A stretch of 60,180 nt of DNA from a virus. Positions 34,195 to 43,813 of this stretch are shown here, one piece after another; position 1 is the first letter of the stretch; each line of letters opens with the position of its first letter. Position numbers and translations under genes: made by a program. Under the pieces are notes generated by a model. That model had not been told where the DNA came from. It saw only the letters and a program-made list of their open reading frames with translations, and searched no databases. The DNA is taken from IMG/VR virus record IMGVR_UViG_3300031965_000029, positions 1 to 60,180 of that record; one strand, given 5' to 3'.

Positions 34195-34725
34195 TCACAA
34201 TTCGTTCCTCTTATATCCTAACGGAACACAAGTTCCCTTTCCACTATTCATTCTTAGGTCTTGATTTTCTTTGAGATATTTCGCCAAGTCGCGCCGTCCG
34301 ATTCGGCTATACGCCTGAGCGCCTTGACCGTCATGTTCGCAATGGAATCCTAAGAAAACAGCCAGTTTCAATGCCGCATCATCTTCGGGGATCACAACCG
34401 TCGCCAGTTCACGTCTGGTCTCCATGATTTCATCCAGCAGATCACGTAGAATCCGCGCCGTTGCAATGGGGTGTTTGCGGACTTCATCGGACAGCGCCAT
34501 CCAGACAAACCCAATCGAATTGATGCCTGAACCCATGACGCCACCAAGCCCAACTAAACGGCCATCAATCAACCCGGCGCGCCGCCAGAACGAGCCATCG
34601 AAACTGGACTTTATTTCACGGTGAATATTAACCCCGGCATGGGTCAGTTCGCGCTGATGCTCATGCCGCAAGATTCGTGCCATCTGCCCACAGTGCCAAG
34701 GTTTACCTTCGACGATCTCAATCAT
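34195..34725 (-). CDS. hypothetical protein, possible GNAT-fold acetyltransferase
   Basis: 176 aa; GRLVGLGGVMG...FVWMALSDEVRKHP...LKLAVFLGF loosely fits the GNAT pattern. Weak. Confidence 0.3.
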   Translation of the reverse strand: MIEIVEGKPWHCGQMARILRHEHQRELTHAGVNIHREIKSSFDGSFWRRAGLIDGRLVGLGGVMGSGINSIGFVWMALSDEVRKHPIATARILRDLLDEIMETRRELATVVIPEDDAALKLAVFLGFHCEHDGQGAQAYSRIGRRDLAKYLKENQDLRMNSGKGTCVPLGYKRNEL

Positions 34726-37700
34726 TCTCCACCACCGCCTTGAACCTTTAGCTGCGGCGTATCGCCGGGGAAAATCTCTGGGATAATCGCGGATACGTTC
34801 AACGGCAACGGCAACGTCTGTTGGATCGCCACCTGCCCCTTACGGTCATACCCGCCCGGTAGTGGCACCCTCAGATCGCCTGTATAGAGCGGTAGCACCG
34901 AACTCCCAAATGGAGCCTCGCTCTCAATGGGGGCGTCCTTCATGTCGTTCCATTCTGGGGCAACCCGTATCGGACTCTGTGCCGCGCCATCAGGCTGGTT
35001 CGCCCCGATCTGGAACCCGGCGCTGGCCTGTACCCGAACCGTTGCGGCTGGAAGTTTCTTACGCTGGCCTTGGACCGTTGGCGAATCTCCGGCGTTCAGA
35101 TAGACGCTCTGCATCTGCGCCGTGAACGGAAGCCCGACCACGACCGAAGTGCTGGCCTGTGGTAACGTGATCGTGCCTGTTGCTGGCACCACCACGGGAT
35201 CAATAACCACACCATCTGCCAGCCCCGTCACCGTGGCCCCGATCAAATGATTCAACCCGCTCACGGTGGAAACAGGTTCCGTCATCGTCCACTGCCCCTC
35301 AATCTGCGGAGCCGGAGTTGTCGTATTCGGGATCAAGTCGATAATCGGAACCGTGATGTTGGCATCGACTTCTGTGCCGCTGGTGTAGGCCGTGATCGTG
35401 GCAACACCGCCCCCGGTCCTGATGATGTCTCCGACATTCCCCGCCGCGAACACCGAGGCCGAAGCCGTGAACGTCGCCGTATTGTCTAACGTCACCGAAA
35501 TCGTGGCACCGGAGCCGCCCGCCGATCCAGCCGGATCATCGATGACCACCACCGGATTGACGTACCCGGTTCCAGCCACGGAAACCGCGACACCCGTAAT
35601 CACACCGCCCGCGATGGTCAGCGTCAGGGCGGCATTTATGCCGGGGCCGGAGCCGTTATCATCCACCACGGTCGCCGTAGTGGCCGAACTGTAGCCGGTG
35701 CCTCCGGCATCAACCGTGGCCGTATCGATGGCCCCAAGCCCTGTTGCGCTCGATACCGTCAACGTCGCCGCTGGTTCCGTCTGGGTCAGTGCTAGGCCGC
35801 AATCCACGGCCCAGACATCATCCAAGGTATCCCACTGCCGATCATTCATTAACTCAACGGTGTATGCCTCGTTGTCTCCAATCGGCCTCCAGCACGCGAA
35901 ATATGTAAAATCTGTGCCACCATGATGCGACTCCGGGGGCTGCACAACGGTGCAAACAGATTTAAAATATCCCAATGTATCGTGGCGCGTCCAGCCCGCG
36001 ACTTCATCGGACTTGACAAACGTCATGCTGAGAAGAATTCCATCCTCTCGAACCGCCCACACCAGTTTGTAGGGTTCCTCGGTCCATGCGTTTTCGCGCA
36101 TGAAAAACCCGTTGAACAGGTGCGAAGAATTGAGCGTCAAATCGCGCCCGGTATAGATGTTTGAGTAAATTTCGTAGCTAAGGTTACGATAAATCGAACC
36201 GCTGGCTTGGACGTAGATGATGTCGTTTTCCACCCGGAGCGGTGGCACATGGACGTAGACGCCATTGAACGCCTGCTGCTGCGCCTGTTGGCCGCTTGGC
36301 GTAATTGATTGCGGCGTCAGCGACGAACCGCCGTTGCCCGTCAGTTGCCATGCCGATGCACCCGTCATCACGACCAGCCCACCAGGCATGGGGATCATCC
36401 ACTGGATACCGTTGACCTGCAACGACCACGGAGAACCGATGATGGCGTCGGAATCAATGCTTGGTATCCGACTGTCGAAATTACTGAACGCGCTGGGCTG
36501 CGACATGAAATACGTGTCTGGTTCATTGATCGTTGACGCATAGACGCGGCGCTGCTGAAAATACGTCACCGCGCCGGGATAGGTGCCGCTCTGGGCACCA
36601 ATATCAAGAACCGCCGTGGCACCCACACCGTCACCGCCGATGGTGACAGTATCGGTGGCGGCGTAACCGCTGCCCTCGGTGACGAGGATGAACGCCACCA
36701 CACCGCCGCTGACGATGATCGGGTCAAGTTCTGCGCCCGACCCAGTTGACGTGTTGATTGTTACCGTGGCCGTGGTGTAGCCGCTGCCCTGATTAACCGT
36801 TGATGCGCCAAGGATGCGCCCCGGAGAGAACGGGTTCTTCGCCAACGGAGGAACCTGAGTGAAATCAGCGGTGATGTTGGAATCGATGAACTGTGCACCA
36901 AATGCATACCCAGCAAACCCGAACAACGCCCCAACGGGCGGATTCGTGTTGAACTGTGGCGTGGCCTTGTAAACCATGTACTGCGAAATGCCGGATTGCG
37001 GAGTCCAGGTCAACGTGATGTTTCCAGCCGTGGCCGCGATATTAACCGCGCTCCCGATGAACGCGGTATCCGATGCTGCGCTCTCCGATCCGTCATCGGG
37101 GCTTACCGACGTGATCTGATAGGCGTAGTTGGTCGATCCAGCAGAACTCGCGGACCCGCTCAGGGCCGTAGGTGCCGTCACAGATGGCGTCGTATCCAAG
37201 GCGTCGAATTGCCAATCCGTATTCGATACCCGCGTCAGATCGTAGGGAATATATTCAGTTCCAGTATCCTGGTTGACGCAGCAAATCGACAGGGTATTTC
37301 TGGATTGGGCGAATTTTAAAAATTCTAGGTCTTGTTCGGAATACGGTGACGATACCGTGTAAATCCGCGCTACCGTGCCGGAACCAGAATAGGTTCCGAA
37401 TCCTGTGGTATCGATGTTGTTCCCATAGACATCGTTCAGTTCAAATGAAGTCGGCCCTGCATTAGCCACGACATAAACCTGTCCGTTGACTTCAGTCATG
37501 CCGGAAACACCGGCGACATAAACCCAATCCCCGTCGCTGAACGCGCCGACCGAAGCCGTTGTCAGCGTGAATGTCGCCCCGGTGCCAGACCCGGTACTGG
37601 AGTCCTGCGCCGCTGGATTCGACGGAACAACCGAGTAAACACCTGGGGTATCGACGGTTACGGCATTTGGCCCAAGGATGGCCTGCTGGAACGTCGCCCC

Positions 37701-38639
37701 GGCTCCTGCCCCGGAAGTCGAACCCTGCGTAAACGTCCCGCCGCTGGGGTTGGCGGTAAACACGCCTGCATTGGTGATGGCAAACGTATCTACGCCCATG
37801 ACGACGGTAAGTTCAGCACCCGTAAGACCTCCGCCAGTAACGGGTTCCGCCGCTATGGATGTTGGGTTGGCGGTATAAGAACCAGCCACCGTCAGAGAAT
37901 CAACGGACGAAATCGTTCCGCCAGCCTCGATGGTCACTTCGGCCTGAAACTTCGTTCCCGTCCCCGTAGTCCCTGTGACCGTCGCCGTTCCCGGTGTTCC
38001 ACCGGTTCCAGCATCAGAAACAGTTGGAACCGCAGAAACCTTGGTCGTCGAAACCGTCATAACCGGAGTCGTCGTCGTCGTGCCGCCGGTCAGATTGATT
38101 GTATCCGCAGGGACGTATCCGCTGCCCGAAGCGTTGAGCAGAAGGCTTACCAGCTTCGTGTTGGTCACGGCCAGCACGGCTTGCGTCAGATACGTTCCGC
38201 CCGCGACGGTAATAAGATCGCCGGGAGCATACGTCGTCACCACCCCCGTAACGATGGGAGATGCCGCCGTGACGCCGCTGCCGCTGGACGAAACAACACC
38301 GGGGTCAGCGTTCGTGATCCCCGAAATACTCAGCGCCGGTTCGGTGACGTATTCACCAGCCGAAATAACCCTCATATAGAGGTTGCCAAACTCCAGAACG
38401 AAACCTTCGCTGGCAGAGTATTGAAACGTGATGATCCGAGGCGCATATGCGCGGCCAGTCTGTTTCGAGAACCCGACGAACTTGGTCCCCGCCCGCGATG
38501 ATAGGCCACCCTGATAACGGATGAACATGTTACGCGCCGTTGACGCCGCCACGCTCATGCGGGCAAGGTCGGTGCGCCCATAGAGGGTAGGCGATACCTC
38601 TCCTAGCGTGAACGCATTTTGTATTTTAGGAACCGACAT
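34722..38639 (-). CDS. Tail nozzle protein (T7 gp12-like tubular protein B) with large insertions (1305 aa)
   Basis: Directly follows the gp11-like genes. N-terminal GGLSSRAGTKFVGF...FQYSASEGFVLEFG and C-terminal QTLPLPLNVSAIIPEI recall gp12-type proteins. Multiple G[ST]GY repeat modules. Confidence 0.5.
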   Translation of the reverse strand: MSVPKIQNAFTLGEVSPTLYGRTDLARMSVAASTARNMFIRYQGGLSSRAGTKFVGFSKQTGRAYAPRIITFQYSASEGFVLEFGNLYMRVISAGEYVTEPALSISGITNADPGVVSSSGSGVTAASPIVTGVVTTYAPGDLITVAGGTYLTQAVLAVTNTKLVSLLLNASGSGYVPADTINLTGGTTTTTPVMTVSTTKVSAVPTVSDAGTGGTPGTATVTGTTGTGTKFQAEVTIEAGGTISSVDSLTVAGSYTANPTSIAAEPVTGGGLTGAELTVVMGVDTFAITNAGVFTANPSGGTFTQGSTSGAGAGATFQQAILGPNAVTVDTPGVYSVVPSNPAAQDSSTGSGTGATFTLTTASVGAFSDGDWVYVAGVSGMTEVNGQVYVVANAGPTSFELNDVYGNNIDTTGFGTYSGSGTVARIYTVSSPYSEQDLEFLKFAQSRNTLSICCVNQDTGTEYIPYDLTRVSNTDWQFDALDTTPSVTAPTALSGSASSAGSTNYAYQITSVSPDDGSESAASDTAFIGSAVNIAATAGNITLTWTPQSGISQYMVYKATPQFNTNPPVGALFGFAGYAFGAQFIDSNITADFTQVPPLAKNPFSPGRILGASTVNQGSGYTTATVTINTSTGSGAELDPIIVSGGVVAFILVTEGSGYAATDTVTIGGDGVGATAVLDIGAQSGTYPGAVTYFQQRRVYASTINEPDTYFMSQPSAFSNFDSRIPSIDSDAIIGSPWSLQVNGIQWMIPMPGGLVVMTGASAWQLTGNGGSSLTPQSITPSGQQAQQQAFNGVYVHVPPLRVENDIIYVQASGSIYRNLSYEIYSNIYTGRDLTLNSSHLFNGFFMRENAWTEEPYKLVWAVREDGILLSMTFVKSDEVAGWTRHDTLGYFKSVCTVVQPPESHHGGTDFTYFACWRPIGDNEAYTVELMNDRQWDTLDDVWAVDCGLALTQTEPAATLTVSSATGLGAIDTATVDAGGTGYSSATTATVVDDNGSGPGINAALTLTIAGGVITGVAVSVAGTGYVNPVVVIDDPAGSAGGSGATISVTLDNTATFTASASVFAAGNVGDIIRTGGGVATITAYTSGTEVDANITVPIIDLIPNTTTPAPQIEGQWTMTEPVSTVSGLNHLIGATVTGLADGVVIDPVVVPATGTITLPQASTSVVVGLPFTAQMQSVYLNAGDSPTVQGQRKKLPAATVRVQASAGFQIGANQPDGAAQSPIRVAPEWNDMKDAPIESEAPFGSSVLPLYTGDLRVPLPGGYDRKGQVAIQQTLPLPLNVSAIIPEIFPGDTPQLKVQGGGGE

Positions 38640-38655
38640 GAACGCCCCTTAGCGA

Positions 38656-39558
38656 TTAGAATGCCGACGAGTTTCCGCCGCCACCCCATCCTATATTATC
38701 CCACGCGCAGGACCAATCCCCCATATTCTGGCCGAACGACCCATAAAAACCAGCCCCACCTGATTTACGCATCTTCATCCAATCCACGGCAAGATCAGAC
38801 GAATGCCAGCCCTCTTGGCCGTCCGTGATCCGCGCCGACTTGATCTTCTCCTGAGCGATGGCGATGTTGTGTTGGCGCATCGTCATACCCATGCGGGGGT
38901 CTTTATCAGACCACAGCGGTAGGGCAATCATAGACGCCATGTAAGCCACCATCGCGGCGCGAAACTGAGAGTCCCATTGGTTAGGATAATAAGCCTTGTA
39001 GCTGTAAATTCCTATGGCGTCCTTGACGTTGGTGCAGATGATGGTGCGCCCAATCGGGGTGCTTCCCGGCGTTTCGTTCCCGGCCCCGGCTTCGATGAAA
39101 TTCACGTCACTGGTTACGAGAAACCGCGACGGGATCAAGCGTAGCCCGGCATACGGACTCTGCCCCAGATTTGCCATCAATGATGCGCTGCTGTCGTCGG
39201 GCACGATATTACCCTCTGGAACCGAAGCCGACACATACGGGTTCCACGGAATATACCGGATTCTGGCGCAGTCCGTTGGGTAGGCGTAGGCGTAAATCCA
39301 CGGTGCCGGAACGTCGGTCGAAACCAACGGGTCCGTGGTCTGGCCGGTGGCATCACCGATCAGTTGCAGCGGAATCTGTTTGCGGGTCGTGTTCCACGGC
39401 GCGGCGCGGAACAGTTGATCCAAGCAGGTATAGTATTGGCGGAGGCATACCTGCGCTTCCTTGGTTCCTGATTCAATATCGTCCAACGTGAAGTTCAAAC
39501 CGCACGCATCAATGGCTTCTCCAGCGACGGCTGTGGGGGTGTAATAATCAATACTCAT
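38656..39558 (-). CDS. T7 gp11-like tail adaptor paralog 3 (300 aa)
   Basis: Shares with its two upstream neighbours the pattern AxxAIxxxG...W.F/W.T...PW.YAYxYPTD...TNVxxA...W...F. Confidence 0.45.
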   Translation of the reverse strand: MSIDYYTPTAVAGEAIDACGLNFTLDDIESGTKEAQVCLRQYYTCLDQLFRAAPWNTTRKQIPLQLIGDATGQTTDPLVSTDVPAPWIYAYAYPTDCARIRYIPWNPYVSASVPEGNIVPDDSSASLMANLGQSPYAGLRLIPSRFLVTSDVNFIEAGAGNETPGSTPIGRTIICTNVKDAIGIYSYKAYYPNQWDSQFRAAMVAYMASMIALPLWSDKDPRMGMTMRQHNIAIAQEKIKSARITDGQEGWHSSDLAVDWMKMRKSGGAGFYGSFGQNMGDWSCAWDNIGWGGGGNSSAF

Positions 39559-40670
39559 CAGCCCTGCTCCCCTTGCGCCGCAGCGTTGGCTACGGACTCA
39601 TCCTGAGCCGCCGATTGCAGTGCATTCATGCCGACAAGAACAGGCACCAAACGCCGCCCCAAGGCCGCTGCAAGGGCTTCCGTGAAGTCAGGGGGCCATT
39701 GCGTCGGGTCCGTCACCTGACCGGCGTATGTCAGCATGGCGTCGGCCACGTTGCAGGCGATGACACGGCGCGATTTTGTCGTCGTCGTAAACGTCGCCGT
39801 ATTGAACGACGCAGCGACACCGGAACCGGAAGTCGAACCCTGCGTAAATGTCGTTGAGGTTGCCGTGAAAACGCCAGCATAAACGATGGTGATGGACTGG
39901 ATGCCCATCGACACCGATAACTGCGCTCCAGACAAGGACGCCCCCGTTACGGGTTCTGCCGCCAGTGTTGTCGGATTTACGGTATAAACGCCGCCCGTGG
40001 CGATGGCGTCAACGGATGAAATCGCGCCCGCTCCAGAAATAGTAACCGTCGCCGTGAACTTGGTTCCTGTTCCAGTTGTTCCAGTGACGGTCGCGCTGCC
40101 CGGTGTGCCGCCGGTTCCAGCCGCAGCGATGGTGGCTGAAACGACCTTCGTCGTCATGGCCTGCAAAACAGGCTGTGCGGTTTGGGTGCCGCCCGTCGGA
40201 TAGATGAAATCTCCGGGCACATACCCAGACGTTCCTGGGCTGTTGATCGCCAACGTAGCCAGCGTCGAAACCGTATCCAGCACGTTCGTAATCGTATACT
40301 GATTCGGCAACGGCGTCATATTGACGAGGAATCCGGTAGACGCCTTCAAGACACGGGCCTTGAGGCAATCCGTCGGGTACTCATAGGCATACAGCCACGG
40401 CAACGGCGGGTTTGTTGCAGCATCCCATGACGAACCACCGGGCCAGTATCCTCCTACCGGAGCGCTACGGAGCAGTGTGGCCACCACGTTACGTTGGCAG
40501 AACTGCCACTCCCCGGTACGCATCAAATCATCGCGGGTCTGTCCGTAGATGTTCAGTGCAGCCTGAGACGCCTCGGAGCCATCATAGAGGTTCGAGATAC
40601 GGAGTCGGTAGCCGATCCGCGTCAATGCCAGATTCACGATGTCGGCAACGGTCGTGATGGTGGTCGCCAT
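39558..40670 (-). CDS. T7 gp11-like tail adaptor paralog 2 with a 150-aa inserted module (370 aa)
   Basis: IVNLALTRIG...GEWQFCQRN...PWLYAYEYPTDC. Residues 146-293 are homologous to residues 171-320 of the nozzle protein. Confidence 0.45.
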   Translation of the reverse strand: MATTITTVADIVNLALTRIGYRLRISNLYDGSEASQAALNIYGQTRDDLMRTGEWQFCQRNVVATLLRSAPVGGYWPGGSSWDAATNPPLPWLYAYEYPTDCLKARVLKASTGFLVNMTPLPNQYTITNVLDTVSTLATLAINSPGTSGYVPGDFIYPTGGTQTAQPVLQAMTTKVVSATIAAAGTGGTPGSATVTGTTGTGTKFTATVTISGAGAISSVDAIATGGVYTVNPTTLAAEPVTGASLSGAQLSVSMGIQSITIVYAGVFTATSTTFTQGSTSGSGVAASFNTATFTTTTKSRRVIACNVADAMLTYAGQVTDPTQWPPDFTEALAAALGRRLVPVLVGMNALQSAAQDESVANAAAQGEQG

Positions 40671-40675
40671 ATTTT

Positions 40676-41245
40676 TCAGCCCTCACGCGTTTTCCCGATA
40701 TTAACAAATCCCATCGCGGAATCCTGCATCATTTTTGAAGTCTCCGGGGCACCGCCAATAGCCATAGCCAGTTCAGAGGCCAGCAACCTGACCACGGCTT
40801 CACGGAACAGCGCATCCCATGCTTCCGGCCCTGGAGCGTTGTTGAATACCGCCTTTGCGCTCTGGACGTTGGTGTGGATTACGCGCTGCTGTGTCCCGTT
40901 GACAACGGCGTTGGCAGGATTCCAATTCGTCGGCGACGGATTGTTCGAATCATCCTCACTGGACGGCATCAAAGTCCAGACATCGACGCCGTTCGTAGGA
41001 TAGACATATTCGTAAGTCCACGGGTACGGTGCCGCATTTGGGCTCAGGGTGAGCGTGACGGTGTTGCGCGCAAAATCCCATCCCCACTGCCGCGCCACGG
41101 TCTGAACGCATGGCGTATAGAGAGACTGCAACGCCACCCCAGCAGCGGAATCATCAAACGTCGGAGCCTCGCCCGTCACGGCGGGCTGGTTGTCCCCGAT
41201 CATCTGGATTGCTTGGTTGACGATGGTATTGCTGGTGATGGTCAC
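40676..41245 (-). CDS. T7 gp11-like tail adaptor (tubular protein A) paralog 1 (189 aa)
   Basis: IVNQAIQMIGDNQPAVTGE...RQWGWDFARN parallels the remembered T7 gp11 sequence VNDILASIGEPPVSTLE...SRGWTFN. Size matches gp11. Confidence 0.5.
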   Translation of the reverse strand: MTITSNTIVNQAIQMIGDNQPAVTGEAPTFDDSAAGVALQSLYTPCVQTVARQWGWDFARNTVTLTLSPNAAPYPWTYEYVYPTNGVDVWTLMPSSEDDSNNPSPTNWNPANAVVNGTQQRVIHTNVQSAKAVFNNAPGPEAWDALFREAVVRLLASELAMAIGGAPETSKMMQDSAMGFVNIGKTREG

Positions 41246-41261
41246 ACGTCACTCCATGCGG

Positions 41262-41639
41262 TCAAAGAGTTTTTGCTGTCTCGAACAATGCGTCGATCTG
41301 TGCATCGGTTAGGCCAAGAATAGCTGAGAAAGTCGCGATCAACGGATCATCGCGCCTAATCTCAAGCGCATATTCCCATGTGATTTTTGCGGCTTTGTTT
41401 TCCGGTTTTGCAAGTTCTGATTCAACTGTGTCGAGAAGTCCGGCACCGTGCAACGCCAAACGCGCTTGACGAGGTGTAATAACAGCGGCATCAACCACCG
41501 GATTAATATCGGGACTAGAAAAAACTCCCCCATCAAAAAGCATACCACAAACAATGCTATTTGGGGCCTCGATAAATCCGGGTGCCTCATAAGGCTGCTT
41601 TTGGGCAACAACACCGTCGATAATTTTTACATAAGTCAT
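41262..41639 (-). CDS. hypothetical protein (possible fibre assembly/accessory protein)
   Basis: ATG 41639 follows the upstream stop by 2 nt (41640-41641; the ORF-track start is an upstream alternative codon). Confidence 0.5.
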   Translation of the reverse strand: MTYVKIIDGVVAQKQPYEAPGFIEAPNSIVCGMLFDGGVFSSPDINPVVDAAVITPRQARLALHGAGLLDTVESELAKPENKAAKITWEYALEIRRDDPLIATFSAILGLTDAQIDALFETAKTL

Positions 41640-41641
41640 AA

Positions 41642-42595
41642 TTAAGCAACCTTCCAAATCATCACATCTGCGTAAATCTCAGTCACCCCGAAATTGGATG
41701 CGACACCGAACCCATCAGTACCTTTCGTCGAACTGCATCGATGCTGCAATTCAAAAACTTTCTCCGCTGAGATTGTAAATTTACCAGTAATGAATGACCT
41801 TGTTGAAATGGCGGAGGCACTAGTGGTTTTTTCCGACGTTCCCTGCAACTCAAACGCCGTATCTGATGTATTATATAGCGCCCCCTTGTGTAGATCACAC
41901 CTATAACCCGGCAATGATGCTTCAATTATGTATGTTCCCGCAGGAAGCGTGATCTGATTAGACCCCAACGATGCCCCTGAAATTTCATTAGTTACAACAG
42001 TATTTAGTGTCCTCGTTTGCCACGACCCCGAAGTAAACGTCCCCGCATCGGTGCCTGCTGATTGCTGCTCCTGGACGTGCAGCAATGCCCGCGCAAACGA
42101 GTCGCCGCCGACCAACGCCTCACCGCTTGCGAGCGTGTAATTCTTAATCCGGCATGTAGTCGATGTAATCATTTCCACATCAAACGTATCGCCAGCCGCC
42201 GTGGTGATCGTCGCCCCGGTTTGAGTGATAATTAAACCGGCACCAGCCACAATGGTTCCAGCGCCAAGCGCGCGGCATGAATAGGTGACGCCCGCAACAC
42301 CGTTGAACGTGTCGATGTCGTCGCTCGTATCGCTCAGGGTATGGTTTAGCGTTGTCCCCAACACCGTAGTCGTGTCGCGTGTCGTTGCCGTTACTGCCTG
42401 ATCGACTTGGACCACATTTCCAGCCGTTACGCCGATGTCGGCAGCAGCAGCCGTTCCGAGGTCGGCGTCAACGACAACATCCGCTATGGCTACACCGCTA
42501 TCGTCTACCGAGTTACCAGTCGTATTGTTGAACGACGGCAGGTTTCCAGATGTCGATGATGCCGGTCCTGAAATTGCATTTGGCGTGTAAGCCAT
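41642..42595 (-). CDS. Tail fibre-like protein (317 aa)
   Basis: Ser/Thr/Gly/Ala-rich, with a beta-rich C-terminal domain; position in the tail module. Confidence 0.5.
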   Translation of the reverse strand: MAYTPNAISGPASSTSGNLPSFNNTTGNSVDDSGVAIADVVVDADLGTAAAADIGVTAGNVVQVDQAVTATTRDTTTVLGTTLNHTLSDTSDDIDTFNGVAGVTYSCRALGAGTIVAGAGLIITQTGATITTAAGDTFDVEMITSTTCRIKNYTLASGEALVGGDSFARALLHVQEQQSAGTDAGTFTSGSWQTRTLNTVVTNEISGASLGSNQITLPAGTYIIEASLPGYRCDLHKGALYNTSDTAFELQGTSEKTTSASAISTRSFITGKFTISAEKVFELQHRCSSTKGTDGFGVASNFGVTEIYADVMIWKVA

Positions 42596-42634
42596 TTCTA
42601 AATCTCCAATCCGATATGACCGCGTTCGACGATG

Positions 42635-43813
42635 TTACCAGACATTCCACTGTGTTCCATTCCACGCGAAGTTCAAGGCCTGATAATTCAGATTCATCAC
42701 AACTGTTGCCGCCCCATCCATGTTGTTTCCGTTGCCATCGATGGTGATGTTATTGCTTGCTGCATCGCCTTTTCCATCCTTGACGACGGCAAGGAAGTTC
42801 GCCGACGGAACTGCTGGCAAATAAATCGTTGTCGCACCACCAATCGTCTTGTTAACGACCAACATGAAATCAGTTGAGAGCAACGTATCGGAAGCACCAG
42901 AAGTTAAAACCCGAACATCGCCAAGGGTGGCGACCAATGGAGTTCCCCACGTCAGATTTGCGCCAGCGCCTTGAGACTTCAAGAATGTCCCGGATGCCCC
43001 AGGTCCAAGAGCAACCCAAGTCGTCGCGTTACGATAGGCAATCGACCCCTGTGTGTCGTCTACGGCCTGATCCAGCAATGCAGTCAACGTCGTTCCCGTA
43101 GGTTCGGCCGATCCAGACGTTGAATTGGCAACCAGAGAACCTGATGCGATATCTGACAACGCCAGACTTCCAGCGTCATTGGTGAAATTGGCGTCATAAT
43201 CCAGAGGATATAGATCACCCGGTGCGACACCGCCAATGGTATCAACCGTAATGGCCCCAGTATTCGCCATCGTAGCGTCCCCGGACATGGCGACATCCGT
43301 GGCGACATTCGATCCGTTACCAACAAGAATATGCGTGTCTGTAAGCGTATCAGAAACAAACCCGCTGATGGCACCGGCAGAACTGATGGAGAGTGCAGTG
43401 ACACCGTTTACCGTGATGTCTAGGCCCTGTGCGGAACCGGTTCCGCCAACCCCCGTCGAAATTAGGGCATTAGAACCTACATTCGGGTCCAAGCAAACCC
43501 AATGATATCCCGTCGAGTTCGTCGTCGGGGCGTCGTACATGCAGAAGTTTTCGCCGTTAGGACCAGCGCCATCAGCATCATACGGGGCCGTCCCGGTTCC
43601 GCGCGCCGTGATCCCAAGCGTGGACAGATTAACGCCTGCCGCACCCCCTCCAGCACCACCGCCATCCGTAACAATGGGCTGTGTCCCACCGGTCTGGTTG
43701 TATTTTGGCACATGGCCCGTGGTCCACGTTCCGCCCTGGACCACGGCGGACTGCGCCATCACAACGGACGGGAAAATCAGCAGTAGGAGTACAAATATGA
43801 CGCGGTTAATCAT
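42635..43813 (-). CDS. Gly/Thr-rich fibre- or spike-like protein with an N-terminal Sec-type signal peptide (392 aa)
   Basis: MINRVIFVLLLLIFPSVVMA|QS, followed by Gly-rich repeats. Confidence 0.5.
   Translation of the reverse strand: MINRVIFVLLLLIFPSVVMAQSAVVQGGTWTTGHVPKYNQTGGTQPIVTDGGGAGGGAAGVNLSTLGITARGTGTAPYDADGAGPNGENFCMYDAPTTNSTGYHWVCLDPNVGSNALISTGVGGTGSAQGLDITVNGVTALSISSAGAISGFVSDTLTDTHILVGNGSNVATDVAMSGDATMANTGAITVDTIGGVAPGDLYPLDYDANFTNDAGSLALSDIASGSLVANSTSGSAEPTGTTLTALLDQAVDDTQGSIAYRNATTWVALGPGASGTFLKSQGAGANLTWGTPLVATLGDVRVLTSGASDTLLSTDFMLVVNKTIGGATTIYLPAVPSANFLAVVKDGKGDAASNNITIDGNGNNMDGAATVVMNLNYQALNFAWNGTQWNVW

Noticed and set aside
37680-40235. The two similar 450-nt segments considered as a template/variable repeat pair of a diversity-generating retroelement
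   Set aside because: No reverse transcriptase ORF exists anywhere in the complete genome. Both copies are coding and differ by many substitutions of all types plus indels, rather than adenine-specific changes (judged by eye).
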